The notes under the pieces: generated by a model
The model's database searches: none
Told to the model about the DNA's origin: nothing
The model's input: only the letters and a program-made list of their open reading frames with translations
Source: Microthyrium microscopicum
Lineage: Eukaryota
Length of the DNA stretch: 64,000 bases
NCBI GenBank assembly: GCA_010405405.1
Contig: MU004240.1
Span: forward strand, 1,146,882-1,210,881
Reading direction: 5' to 3'
Part shown: positions 13,588 through 24,711 of the stretch, one piece after another
How the letters are laid out: every line of letters starts with the position of its first letter
How positions within the stretch are numbered: the first letter of the stretch is position 1
Program-made: the position numbers and the translations under genes

Positions 13588-14235
13588 GGATATAAGTCCT
13601 TGATCCTGTATTTATGATTAAACGATACTCTCACTACATGACGCACAAGTCTGTACAGTCAACTAGATGAATGAACTATTCTTCGAAGCCCCATAGTATT
13701 AATCACGCGTGTAACAAGTTTTAGGACAGAACCTTATGGAATTTTGAAGTGAGAATTACAGGTATGTGTTTTCTGTTCGCTGGCAGAAACTGCTGGCTTA
13801 CTTGACTATAGTGGCGGCATGATAGAGTTTAGCGGCTGGCAACGACCACAGAGGGAAACAATTCATATCAATTGACGACTAGAATGTCTTTCAAAACCCC
13901 TGGACTACACGCCATAAAAGGAGCGACTTGAAATCTTTCACAACCGGTTACTATCAAAGTAAACCTATTCCCGTTGCCTCGTCGACGAGCCAACCTCATC
14001 ACCTCACTAGCAAATCCACTACTCGCAGGATTACGACCACTTCGAAATAGTTCAAAAGCTGTTTGCAGACATTGCTTACAAAGGAATAAACAAAGCTACT
14101 TTGTTTCCTCGATCTTCGAGATTTCAATTCCAGCTTTTCTTTGTTGGCTGCCAATCTATACGAGCAGCTCGAGTCTCCCTATCAAGAACATACAACAATA
14201 CCCTCCAAAAGTCATAGGACCCTTAACTATCAGCA

Positions 14236-16302
14236 ATGGCGCCTAAAGCAAAAAAAAACCCACCTTCCCCAAGAAAAAGGAGCACTAGAATCCAGCAGCT
14301 AGAGGCTGCAAAGGCGGCCACTGCTGATGCAGAGGCACAAAGAGCTGCAAACTCGACGGTCGCTGGACCATCGAAGGCCACCCCAAGCGCGGCGGCTGGC
14401 CCAGCCAAAGTAGCAGCCGCAAACCCGGCAAAGAAGACTCCAGTATCGAGGGCACCCAAAAGAGGCAAGCGCGGGCAGTCCAGCGCGTTGCCAGCAATCA
14501 CTGAAGAAGATGAGGAGGAAGATCCAAACCAACAACCAGAAGACCAAGGTGGACAGGACGACGACCAACAACCTACCAGGCCTTCTATAAGTCGTCGTCG
14601 CTTGACTTTATATGAGCGAGAATTCCACAATAGCTTTGGCCAATTGAGCAGCAACAGCACTGGACGAGAAGTCTCACGTGTATGGGCACCGTTAGTTCGA
14701 AAGTGGTTTCCTCGGCCAAAGTACAGAGTGTTCAAAGTGCATGATCATTTTGGCAGCTATGTCGTTGTATGCAAGGGAGATGAGGATGAGACAGTCGACG
14801 AGCAAGTAGTGTCTCCTAGTACTCGCAAGGACAGCAACAAGAGACCCCGAGAGGATGATGATGAAGAGGATGGGGACGAAGACGCTGACGCTAAAGATAA
14901 AGGCTCATCGCCCAAACAGCCGAAACGCAAGAAGTCCAAGTTGAACTTTTCAGGTAAAGTTATAATGCCAGGCTCGAGTACTACGAATGGAAAGTCGAGA
15001 GCCACTACATCGTTTTATAGGCCCCCGCCGCCCGTGTTCAGCCTCCCGCCCCTGAGAGTAGTTGCCGAACCCGCTCCAAAGCCAGCCAGAAAGGCTCAGC
15101 GGCTCAAAATAACAGTACGTGAGGCAAGGTTCAGGAGAGTGGGTGGAGCTAGCAATCTTCAAGGGAACGCTGACGCAGGAGACGAAGACGACGAAGACGA
15201 AGGCAACGGAGACGAGGACAATGAAGACGAAGACGTCCAAGACGAGCAGGTAGATCAACAGTCGCCAGCGACTCTTCAGCGAAATCAAGAGGCTCTAGAG
15301 AAGCGTATGTCACAATTGGCCGCTGCAAAAGCGAACGAGCCAGTTATCCTCGAGTCACGCGTCCGAGATACTGAATTGTTTGATGAAGCATTCCATGGAA
15401 GGTTCAATATTGTCCTCGTGGTTCTCTGTGGTAAGCATGGCTACCTTGAGAAGAAACCCAAGGAGTGGTCGTTACATCCATATGGTACAACTGTTAGAGC
15501 GTTGTTAAACTACTTCCGAGAACACAGCTCAGTCGGGCAGCAGAGCTCCCCAATCTTTGGCATCAACGCCATTGGCAGTAAGTATCGTTTCTGGCAGTAT
15601 GTCCCGAACAAGATGTTCTACACCTCCGATGAGCACGACTCAGCAGACCCATATTTCCCCATGAGACCTTTCTACCGAAGCTCGGGTTATACGGAAGAGG
15701 ATGCATGCCACAGAGTATATGCTTCCTTTTGGGTGGCCATGATACGACTGAGTGAATTTGATTCTGTTACGCTTTACAGAGCTGAAATCGAGATGATGAA
15801 CGCTGATAGGGAACACCTAAGGGAGAACTCGGAGTTGGATTTCCCAAAGTTTAACTACAATTCCTTCAGGAAACCAAGGGCGCATAAAGCGTTGCTACGT
15901 CAATTCGGGATTGAGACGGACCTAGCAGGTAATCCACTTCCCGCACCTGGAGAGACCGAAGAGACCCCTATTGATGTGGATGAGGAGAACGGGACAACAA
16001 CGCGTAGGAGGGCAAAGGGAAAGAGAGCCAAACGCGGACCAATCCAGCCCAAGGGTAAAGGGAGAGCAACCACAGCCGTGGCCTCCCCTGAAGCAGAAGA
16101 GCAGCAGTCCCAGGCAGCTGGCACGTCGTTGAATCCGGGCACGAAAAGACAGGCGGCAGAAGAAGATGATGATAATGATGATGATGATGATGATGGTGAT
16201 GCTGCAAGTGGAAGCAGACCTGCAACGAAGAGGGCGAAGAATTCAGCCGCGACTCAAGGACCGACAAGAAAACGACCGGCGAGAGCTAATAGGACAGGCT
16301 AA
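14236..16302 (+). CDS. Hypothetical 688-aa protein with basic and acidic low-complexity tracts around a possible degenerate PD-(D/E)XK-like domain
   Basis: Single long ORF with many NLS-like K/R clusters and D/E runs; globular segments at about aa 130-180 and 370-530. Confidence 0.65.
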   Translation: MAPKAKKNPPSPRKRSTRIQQLEAAKAATADAEAQRAANSTVAGPSKATPSAAAGPAKVAAANPAKKTPVSRAPKRGKRGQSSALPAITEEDEEEDPNQQPEDQGGQDDDQQPTRPSISRRRLTLYEREFHNSFGQLSSNSTGREVSRVWAPLVRKWFPRPKYRVFKVHDHFGSYVVVCKGDEDETVDEQVVSPSTRKDSNKRPREDDDEEDGDEDADAKDKGSSPKQPKRKKSKLNFSGKVIMPGSSTTNGKSRATTSFYRPPPPVFSLPPLRVVAEPAPKPARKAQRLKITVREARFRRVGGASNLQGNADAGDEDDEDEGNGDEDNEDEDVQDEQVDQQSPATLQRNQEALEKRMSQLAAAKANEPVILESRVRDTELFDEAFHGRFNIVLVVLCGKHGYLEKKPKEWSLHPYGTTVRALLNYFREHSSVGQQSSPIFGINAIGSKYRFWQYVPNKMFYTSDEHDSADPYFPMRPFYRSSGYTEEDACHRVYASFWVAMIRLSEFDSVTLYRAEIEMMNADREHLRENSELDFPKFNYNSFRKPRAHKALLRQFGIETDLAGNPLPAPGETEETPIDVDEENGTTTRRRAKGKRAKRGPIQPKGKGRATTAVASPEAEEQQSQAAGTSLNPGTKRQAAEEDDDNDDDDDDGDAASGSRPATKRAKNSAATQGPTRKRPARANRTG

Positions 16303-16663
16303 CGATCTGATCATGATTTACAAATGTAGCTAGCGTTGGGGTTTGCAAGAGACTGGACTGGATGCCTATTGTCTGTTGGTCCGAAGATCCTCCTATGTAT
16401 AATTTGGGAGTATCATTGATCGAGCCGGGTGGTTCCATATCTCGCTGTAGATGTTACGTAGTTCTACGATTTTCTTTGGTCTAAAAATGTTATTTTTGAG
16501 AGAGCAATCTATTCATTGTATTCATCATGGCATTAGCCCGCTCCTAAGCAAGATGATTTATCATGCCATGCGTAAATCACGGCGACAAGTCCTTGAAACC
16601 AAACCCTGCTTTCTTCTGCATCTCTTGGATGTCTGGTCAATATATGACTCGAAGCATCATTAC

Positions 16664-17236
16664 TTAGCTGCCACTAGCCGCCGCAGCTTGGTTCTTCTTG
16701 CCCCTGACTATCTTTTGACCAATATTCTTGCCACGTAGATGGTATCCGAGAGCCCTCTCCATCTTGATGACCACCCCCTCATTTGGTGCAGCCTTGCCAT
16801 TTTCGAAGGCCTGAACAACAGCCACGTTCTCACCGATCTTGTTGGCGAGATCTGTCTGTGTCATTGGCTGACCTTTTTGGTTCTTTAGTGTCGGCCGAAT
16901 GGTTTTTAAGGTCTTGGAGATAGAGTCATCAACTGTCTTGGGCTTGACTATATCATCGGATCGGTCGACTTTGGTCAGAAGTTGGCCTTCACTACCACCT
17001 TTCTATATGAGAACAGCGTATTAGTGTTTATCAATGTGGTTTAAGGCTTGGGTATGACAAAGTCAAGGCCATACCTGATTGGCAGTTGAGTACTTCTTTT
17101 CAGTGGCAATAGCAGCACCTTGGCGACGAGCGGCATTAAGAGCAGCCTCGCCTCGAATGACTTTCTCGCGGGGTCCAGCCGCTCCACCATGGGCCTTGGA
17201 GCCAATTTTGGTGACCGTATCCCAATCGTCAGACAT
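16664..17236 (-). CDS. MBF1: Multiprotein bridging factor 1; intron 17003-17074
   Basis: [14 protein letters not shown]...[34 protein letters not shown], then HTH segment [12 protein letters not shown]...FENGKAAPN...[13 protein letters not shown]. Confidence 0.95.
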
Positions 17237-17539
17237 GGCTGATGGTGTGTAAATGTGTGTGGCGGGTAGTAGTGCGGTTGGAGGAGTAACGAATTGGAGA
17301 CCCTTCGAGTCCTATGGTGTGATGCTTCGTTGGTTAAAGAATTGATAGAGCAAGTTGTAGTGAGGCTTTGGAGTGAGGTGGAGGAAGAAAGATAAATGGT
17401 GTTTGGGGTTGGAAGTTTGATGTACCCTCTACAAGGTAGTAGGCTTTATGTCATGGAAGGCTCTAGACGTTACCTTGACTAGCTGCGGTAGGACACCGCC
17501 AAGACCGCCGCTGTACAGCCCCCATCTGACCGAACAGAG

Positions 17540-17546
17540 TGACTCA
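17540..17546. promoter_or_regulatory. Gcn4/CPC1 consensus TGACTCA upstream of MBF1
   Basis: Exact TGACTCA about 300 bp upstream of the MBF1 ATG, with near matches TCAGTCA and TGACTCT within about 25 bp. Confidence 0.5.
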
Positions 17547-17763
17547 ATCACTCAGTCACTTTGACTCTGATGATCTGATCTTACTTTCTTGGTGAACCGT
17601 CACCAATTCAAAAGGCCTTTACGGATCCTTTAATCATTGACATAAATAAATTTACTCAGCAGGTAGCAATCTATTGGGATATTTACCTAGGTAGCTACTT
17701 GGGAATCCAAGTACTAGATGTGAGGATTATCAGCCAATCTTCATGAGTTTATGGATATGTGAG

Positions 17764-17787
17764 CAGAGCCCCAGAGCCCCAGAGCCC
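17764..17787. repeat. Tandem repeat (CAGAGCCC)x3
   Basis: Read directly in the MBF1-HET intergenic region. Confidence 0.8.
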
Positions 17788-18041
17788 CACCGCCACAGTC
17801 GTGAGCAACTCTACAATAATCCCTTCAGCTACGCATCTCCTTAACTCTGTCACTAACTGGCGCTTTTATTGATTAAGCAAACCAGAGTTATTGCGATGGA
17901 AGCATCATCGCAGCTCTGTAACCGTCTCTACAACTTCAATGATGATATAAAAGGCTAGGAGCCAACGAAATGGACAATGGGCACGCCAACTATTGCATCC
18001 TTAGAATGGCTACGCCGTAGTCGATTCTGCTAGATATCACT

Positions 18042-20405
18042 TCACACTAACTTTAGGATCCTGCTTGGCCAGCTCTCTATCCAGGCTATCCTGAAATCTC
18101 CATACATTGCAAGAGTTCCAACTCTCTCATAGGATTCGTCTGGCTGTTCACTTAGCCGCTTTAAAACCAAACAATCGGCCGCTTCCTCTGAATTGTTGCC
18201 TGCAAAAACAACGAGAACAAGATAATCCTCGGGATAGAACAAGGTTAGGTCCAGGTCCCAGTCTTTCTGGCCTTCGCGGCTGGTTTCCATCGATACTATA
18301 AGTGATTTCGTTGTATTGAATGCTAGGAACGTCCATGACGCTTGGATATCTATACCTTCCACAGGCTCATCGAAATGACCCCATCCTGCCTGGCGTTCTT
18401 CGTTCCGCTCAGGGACAACCTGTGCGCTGCGTACAAGAGGCATTGTCCGACCTTCAACTGTGAGATGCCCCGAGAGTACCTTACCGTAAGGATTACTATC
18501 ATCTTGCAGCGTTATATGACTGTCGATAAGTTCCAGTTCGAACTGGCATGTTGTCCATGAGATTGCTTGAAATGCGACTGGGTCATTTGGTGACCGCCCA
18601 CGACCTAATACACGTTAACACCTGCTTGCGCGGTTTGTGCCTGGGGAGTCTATCATCCTACCATGACGGAGCACGGTAAACTTTTACATGCTTACAAGTA
18701 CCTAGCTCTCCTATCCATAAGAGACAATTTCTGATATTGCAGCTCCAAAGCCCTGCTAAGTAGCTGCCTTCAAGTGCTGAATGTACTCGACTTGCCAAAC
18801 CGGAAAAAGCGACAAGCTTATCTGATTCGCTTCGCGACGAGTACTGTTGTACCAAATTTTGATAAGATAGCAGGACGTTGCGCAAGTTGGGGAGCCCAGT
18901 ATCAACCTGAGCTAGGACGTTTTTATATATCAGCAAAGATATCTCTGGTTCAAGAGCTACTGGAAACCGATTTCCAGTAGTAAGTCCATCTGCAGATGCG
19001 TATCCTTGTGGACATCGCCAATATATCTGCTCGTTGCCGTAGTACAGCTGACGAGGAGACAAGATGGACTCTTGCAAGCACCATCCGCGGGCAGCTAGCG
19101 GAGCCCTCATGTCTAGAACTCGAAGACTCTCCTCATTGGACGACATCCTCTCAACCGAGATCCCAATGGTAGAGAGTTTATCAGAACATACACTTAGTTT
19201 CCTGGGTCTAGGATCTGGAATGGGAGGATTACCCTTCAATATGCCGTGTGTACTGCGCTCTGATACCATGGCCGATATTGTGACTGTAGAGTTTTGGTAT
19301 AGCATACCCATGTTCTGAGATTCTGTAAGCCAATCTGAGGGGCTGTCCTGCAAAATGCATAGACAATCGATCCAGATATATCGAATGCCAAGATCTCGCG
19401 TTATGGTGATGGCATCTTGAAAGTTAAGCGGTAATTCGGAGAATGGGATGTTACCCTTATATGGTTCGATTGTGTCTGCGTTCAACACAGGATCAATGTT
19501 TCCACCCCTGATTTGTGTTAGCCGAACAGTCCATCCACTACGCCGGTTTCACTTTGTTTATTCTGATCTCTTGCAATGTGTAATGAATATAAAGCAGAAC
19601 TGACCAGCAATGGCTGAGCGTGACATACTCTCCTTTTGCGCCTTGTGGGTGAACCAAGCGCAGCACAGGAGGAGCATCACCTAAATTGCCGACATCAACT
19701 ATTCGAGTTGGTAGTTCACGAGCAGTTCTGGAAAGACAAGTTGAATGGTGGAATTGACAATCATGTAGCCAGTTGCGGGCAATATCATAATTGCTCTTTG
19801 CGCTCAAGTCTGGGTCAACTTTCAAATATCCAATTTGATAATCTCTCACGTGAAGTTCTTTTCCATATGGTATATCCGTCAGCTACTAAAATAAGGAATC
19901 ATGATCAGATTTTTGAGGAAGACGAACCACCAAGTGTACGAAGCCTGAGTTCCAACGGAGGTAACTGCCAACTCCCTTCTTCATCTTCGTCTACATACTC
20001 AGCATCATAGTTTTCGCCGGGTCCTACCTGCACCAATACTGAGTCAAAGACCAGAACCTCCTCTATAGTTCGGTTGAGGTAAAGATTCCCCGCGTTGAGA
20101 GCAATTTTGATATCAGATTCGTCCAGCTCTTTGGCAAATGCATACATGGACTTGGTTATATCATTTTGTGACCCTTCCCATTTGTAAGGCCAGGTTTCGT
20201 ACTGGCCTGGACTACCCTTGAAGCACTCCAAAATCAGCCCGCAGAAATCACAACCTTGGAGGGCGCTCTGCTCAAGGTTGGAAAACGAGCTGTGGTGCTG
20301 ATAAAATGCGTGTTTGGGAAAGATATGGGCCGAGAACTCTCTCTCGGCCAACTCCACAAGGGCTTCGATCGAGAGACCAGAGCAATGGTGGCATCGAGAA
20401 GCCAT
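18042..20405 (-). pseudogene. HET-domain (heterokaryon incompatibility, TOL-like) gene with an apparent +1 frameshift in the last exon
   Basis: LPTRIVDVG, YVTLSHCW/GG, FQDAITITRDLGIRYIWIDCLCILQDS, RGWCLQE, YLAGLW and APSW/SWA are HET-family motifs. After intron 18605-18661 the frame reads SWAVTK-TGA, while the homolog-like C-terminus (NPYGKVLSGHLTVEG...YERVG) lies in the +1 frame. Confidence 0.72.
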
Positions 20406-21428
20406 CGTTCATTAAAACAAATCGCTGTCTGATTGCTTGCGCTCAATATTTTCACATAGTTGATCAATAAGAATCTGTTTGCCAGAATCCTTCACCAGCT
20501 TGCGGGGTATCATGGGCGTCACTGCTGCCCTCTCACAATGGATTATACGTGAATCAGGTCCGAGAGGACCACTCAGATTATCTTTCAGCAATCAAGTTAG
20601 TTTTGCGGAATTTGAAATCCACCTACCCGATTGCGAAATCCTGGATGTTTGTATAGGTACCTGATGAGAATTTACTCATAAGTTTGCATAAACTTTATCT
20701 ATATACAGTAGTTTTACGACCGAGAACTCTTTCTCTAGATACTTCTGATTATCAGTAAAATCAGTTGATTCAAGAGGAAAAGTCACTAAGAAGAGGCGTG
20801 AGCTAGTCAAGCTAGTCCCCTAATGCGGGCGCTAGCGGGCGGGCCGCTGGCTCGTGGCACACATGGACCGCTCCCATCAGGCAAGTGTGAATTTGAGGAC
20901 TAACTGCTCCACTTCCTTTCAAGTGCATAAAACCTTCGATTTCCCAGCATAATTATCCTGGGATCTGAGGCTCATTTGTTTGAGTAGCATTCACGGGAGT
21001 CTCACTCTCGATGGAAGCATGTCATTCATTTTGTCAGTCGTTTGATACGCTTGAGCTTAAGATCCAATTCTTGGCTTGTCACTTTCACAACTAACTCGAG
21101 TCTCAACAAAACACTATTTAACTACTCTGTAGATGGAACTGTTGATTTTGAGCCCAGCTGTATGGTACTAGAGTTTTGGGAGATAATGAGGATAATTTTC
21201 CAATCCGAGAAAGCCTCACATACTACGATAGATTACTGTCAACAGCAGCTTTTCGCAGGAAACGACATACTCCACCAAAGTAAAGCGCGAACTTATGAAA
21301 AACTGATTGGAGGTCGAGAAAGTTTTGTAGTTTTCCATGTTGAAAAAATCGTGCTTACAGCTTGCTCAGAGTGCAATCCCTTAGGTTATCGGATTCTTGA
21401 TTGTCAAGTGGTCGGGTAGTCTTGCCAT

Positions 21429-23602
21429 CTAGAAGCCCGTCTCTGAGCCATCAATAAACCGTGGGTATCCTGCAGTGCGTTTCAAATAAGAAGCCCAGTA
21501 TTCGTAACGGTTGCGATGAGCATACTTGCCCCTTTTCACGCTCTCGTAATCATCGCCAACAGCTTTCTTCTCCCATTCCGATGCAATGCTCTCCTCAACA
21601 TCCTCAGGAAAGTAGACGAAAAAGTCCTTTAGAAGTGTCCCGTGTGTACGACGTGTTTTACTTGTCTGATAGGTGACTACGCGAAGTGCCTCGTTGCACA
21701 TTTCTAAGAAAGAGTGCTTTTTGCAACATTTTCTATACCCGTGCTCGTTGATCTCTCCGATGGACTCGTCGCTTGAGCTGAAATCCAATGTCAAGGCCAG
21801 TTTGCTTAGTGAAACCTGAGTGGCCATGATTTTGATATCTTGTTCGAAGATCAAATGAGTATTACCAAACATTTCCCTATCGAAATGTGCAGGCTCTTTC
21901 GGAAAGCACAGCTGCACACTTCGCAGGTGTTTCAGAGCCGAGGGCGGTAGTCTACTGAAAAACCGTGCTTGTGGAGTTGACCTGGCAATATGGTGCCAGT
22001 AGTAATCAGAAGCCCAGTTCAAGTATTCTGGCGGGCATCTGCGCAGTAGAACGATGAAGTGGTTGTAACTATAGAAGATTTGTGTTGCTTCCTCGTGGAA
22101 CTCCTTGTTGACGAGAAATAGGTTCAAGGGGAACCTCCAACATTTACACGAAGTCGAAAACGATATTGATTTCGTGTTCATCTCAGTGACGGCTTGACAA
22201 ACATGTTGCCGTTCGTAGGGCTGATGCTGAAGTCGAAATCCAGCATAGGGCCACGATGAGTTCAGTTCGATATCCTTTGGTGCAACCAGATCCGTGTTTT
22301 TAAGCACCTCTCGTCGAAGCTCTGCCGGCAGTTTGGAGAATCCGGACAGTTTTGAGGACCTGCTATCACCAACGGTATGCTGCTGCACTGTTTCTTCAGC
22401 AAGCTGACGTATTCTCGGATCTACATGTGCTGCAAGCCTTAGTGCGAAAGACCGAAGCCTTGGTAGTCCTTCCAAAGCCGAAACAAATGCTTTCGCTGTC
22501 TGAATGTTTTTGCAGTCGCAAATTATGCCTAGATCTAGCTGCCCTGGTTTGATTGATGATCGAAGCAACTGGGCGGTATCTCGAAGCTCCTTTTGAGCAA
22601 GTCTTCCTGCCCCATAAGAAGTGGTGGATAGTGGCTCATCAACTCCCGTGCAAAGACAATATTTATAAGGGTGGAACAGTCCTTCAGGGATCGGATCGTT
22701 GGGGTAGCAGCGACAGTATCTAAGCTTACGCGCAACGTCTCTTTGAGGCCAAGGATACACTTGCCATCCTCGCTGGTATACTGAAACTGTAGCTCTGTGG
22801 AAAGTGTCATCCACGTAGGCAGTGTTTGGAATAAGATTATTATTTACTTCAATCCTCAAAGACGTCAAGCAAGCGAGCTTGTCACCGAAGTAGGACTTGA
22901 TAGTTCGTAGAATACCATTGTGTCCGCAGCGGTGAACCACGAATGCGTTGCGAGAGAGATAAAACTGTAGCATTTCATGATATATTTGTCGGCAGGTTGT
23001 TCGTAATGACAGTGGCAGTATCTGCGGCCCGTCGTCAACAGGACACTGACAGCCGTACTCATGTGACGTCACTGGACATATATCTGTTGCCAATTAGCTT
23101 GATATAACGCATCTGTAATGTCAAATCATTGCTAGATCACTGCAGACAATGCTAGTATAGTATACCGCAGGGTATTTTAATGGCATATTTGAGCAGGAAC
23201 TCGATATTGTGGACATTAAGGACTTCTTGGGAAGAGAAATTTACCTTGAAATCTGGCCCATCGACAGTTATCCTGAAGATTTGAATAGAAAGAATATTCC
23301 TTATCAGATTTATTGATTGCGCGCCCGTCTTCATTGAGCAGGACGGCATCAGCAATTGCAATCGATACAAGGCTGTTTGCCAAAATAGGGCATTCGCGGA
23401 TAAGATGACCGAACGCATACTCCCATATCAGCTCTCGAATGTGATAGGGAAGTTGCAATAACCTGGAAGTCTGGGTTGAAGTCCGTTGTTTCTTTGGCTT
23501 GCTCAATGCCAATGTATGATTGGAAGTTCGACAAAGCTGGAGAAGTTAGGAGCCATACTCTCGGATCGGGAGGTGGAAAGGTACTTTTGTCTGTGACTTC
23601 AT
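21429..23602 (-). CDS. Fungal protein with two F-box-like motifs; 5' exon structure tentative
   Basis: LLQLPYHIRELIWEYA followed by LRTTCRQIYHEM..YLSRNAF, and FSKLPAELRREVLKNTDLVAP followed by LFLVNKEFHEEATQIFYSYNHF. Introns inferred near 23537-23584 and 23084-23244. Confidence 0.65.
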
Positions 23603-24711
23603 GGTCTTCAAGTACTGTATAGCTGTCCAATTGACAGTTAGATGCCGCCAATCTATGGATTCCGTCGTAAGAAGTTAAGGACTAAGAATTTCAAGTTTCT
23701 TCACAGGGGAACGAAGTCAAAGGGGCCACTTGGGTTTTGTGGGGGGGGGGGCGCTAGTTTCAGCCTGGACCTTCGTGGTCCAAGCTCCTCTTTGTCCTTT
23801 TACCTTTTACTTCTACTTCTACTCAAATACTTTTTGAAATATAGGAGCGGAATGGAGCGGGATATTGACATTTGATGTAAGTATCAATCCGCAATTCCAA
23901 GCCGCTTCCTCTTTGGTTACTTGCAACTGTACTCTGAATCATGCACGTGGCGAGTATGGTAAGTCATCTGCAGGATCATGAATTCAGAATAGGCACCCAG
24001 CTTTGAGAACGTTGACGACCTATGGAAATATTGCTTCCCTCGTAGCCAATGTTGTTTATACATAGCGACTTGTCGTAGTGGAAGGTCCATATGTTTTCCA
24101 ATGCTACTATCAATGCAAAATTCTTTGGCTGTTCTTATGCAGGCTCGACAGGTCGAAGGCGAGGACCCCTGGACCTGGCTAGCACATGGCACGGTTTCCA
24201 AAGGCGCTTAGAGAATGACAAGATAGGCTACTTCAACGCTTTTAAGTTGTCGGGCTAGGCTGGTTGGTTCTTTGTAACCTCACTGATTCTGCAAGTCCCT
24301 GCTTCTCTGCATATGCATATGCAATACCTAGTAATTCAACACATACTAGAATCGTCTAGAAAGAAGACCTTATGACTCCTTGGTGCGGCGACTTGGAAAG
24401 GCCTTTGAAATTGGATGCAGCCCACTTACAAGTTACGCAACATGCGAGCCTCAGCCACACATGCAGCGTTGATTCTCGTTTTGCCCGTTGTTGCTTATTT
24501 GCTGCGCACGCGCTTCGTAAGTCTAGGCGAACCAGTAGGTACCCCCACTCGTCCAATCGTCTTGAACCTTTGTGCTGTAACACTGGGCTGAGATCTTGGA
24601 CGACAACCGGTCAAAGTTCACCCCTCCGCCTCACGGTTCTTTAAACATCTTTCTCAATTACCATCGTTGCTGCAGTCGCTGTTGAAGCCTACTCAATTTC
24701 TGGCATCGCCA

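Noticed and set aside
16162..16200. GAT-rich triplet run, and the poly-His ORF on the opposite strand
   Set aside because: Encodes the poly-Asp tract of the 688-aa protein; the antisense ORF is an artefact.
21042..21419. 125-aa + strand ORF
   Set aside because: TTG start, no motifs, overlaps the likely 3' UTR of the convergent gene.
24308..24323. 16-bp palindrome TGCATATGCATATGCA
   Set aside because: Explained by a short self-complementary tandem repeat; no supporting context.
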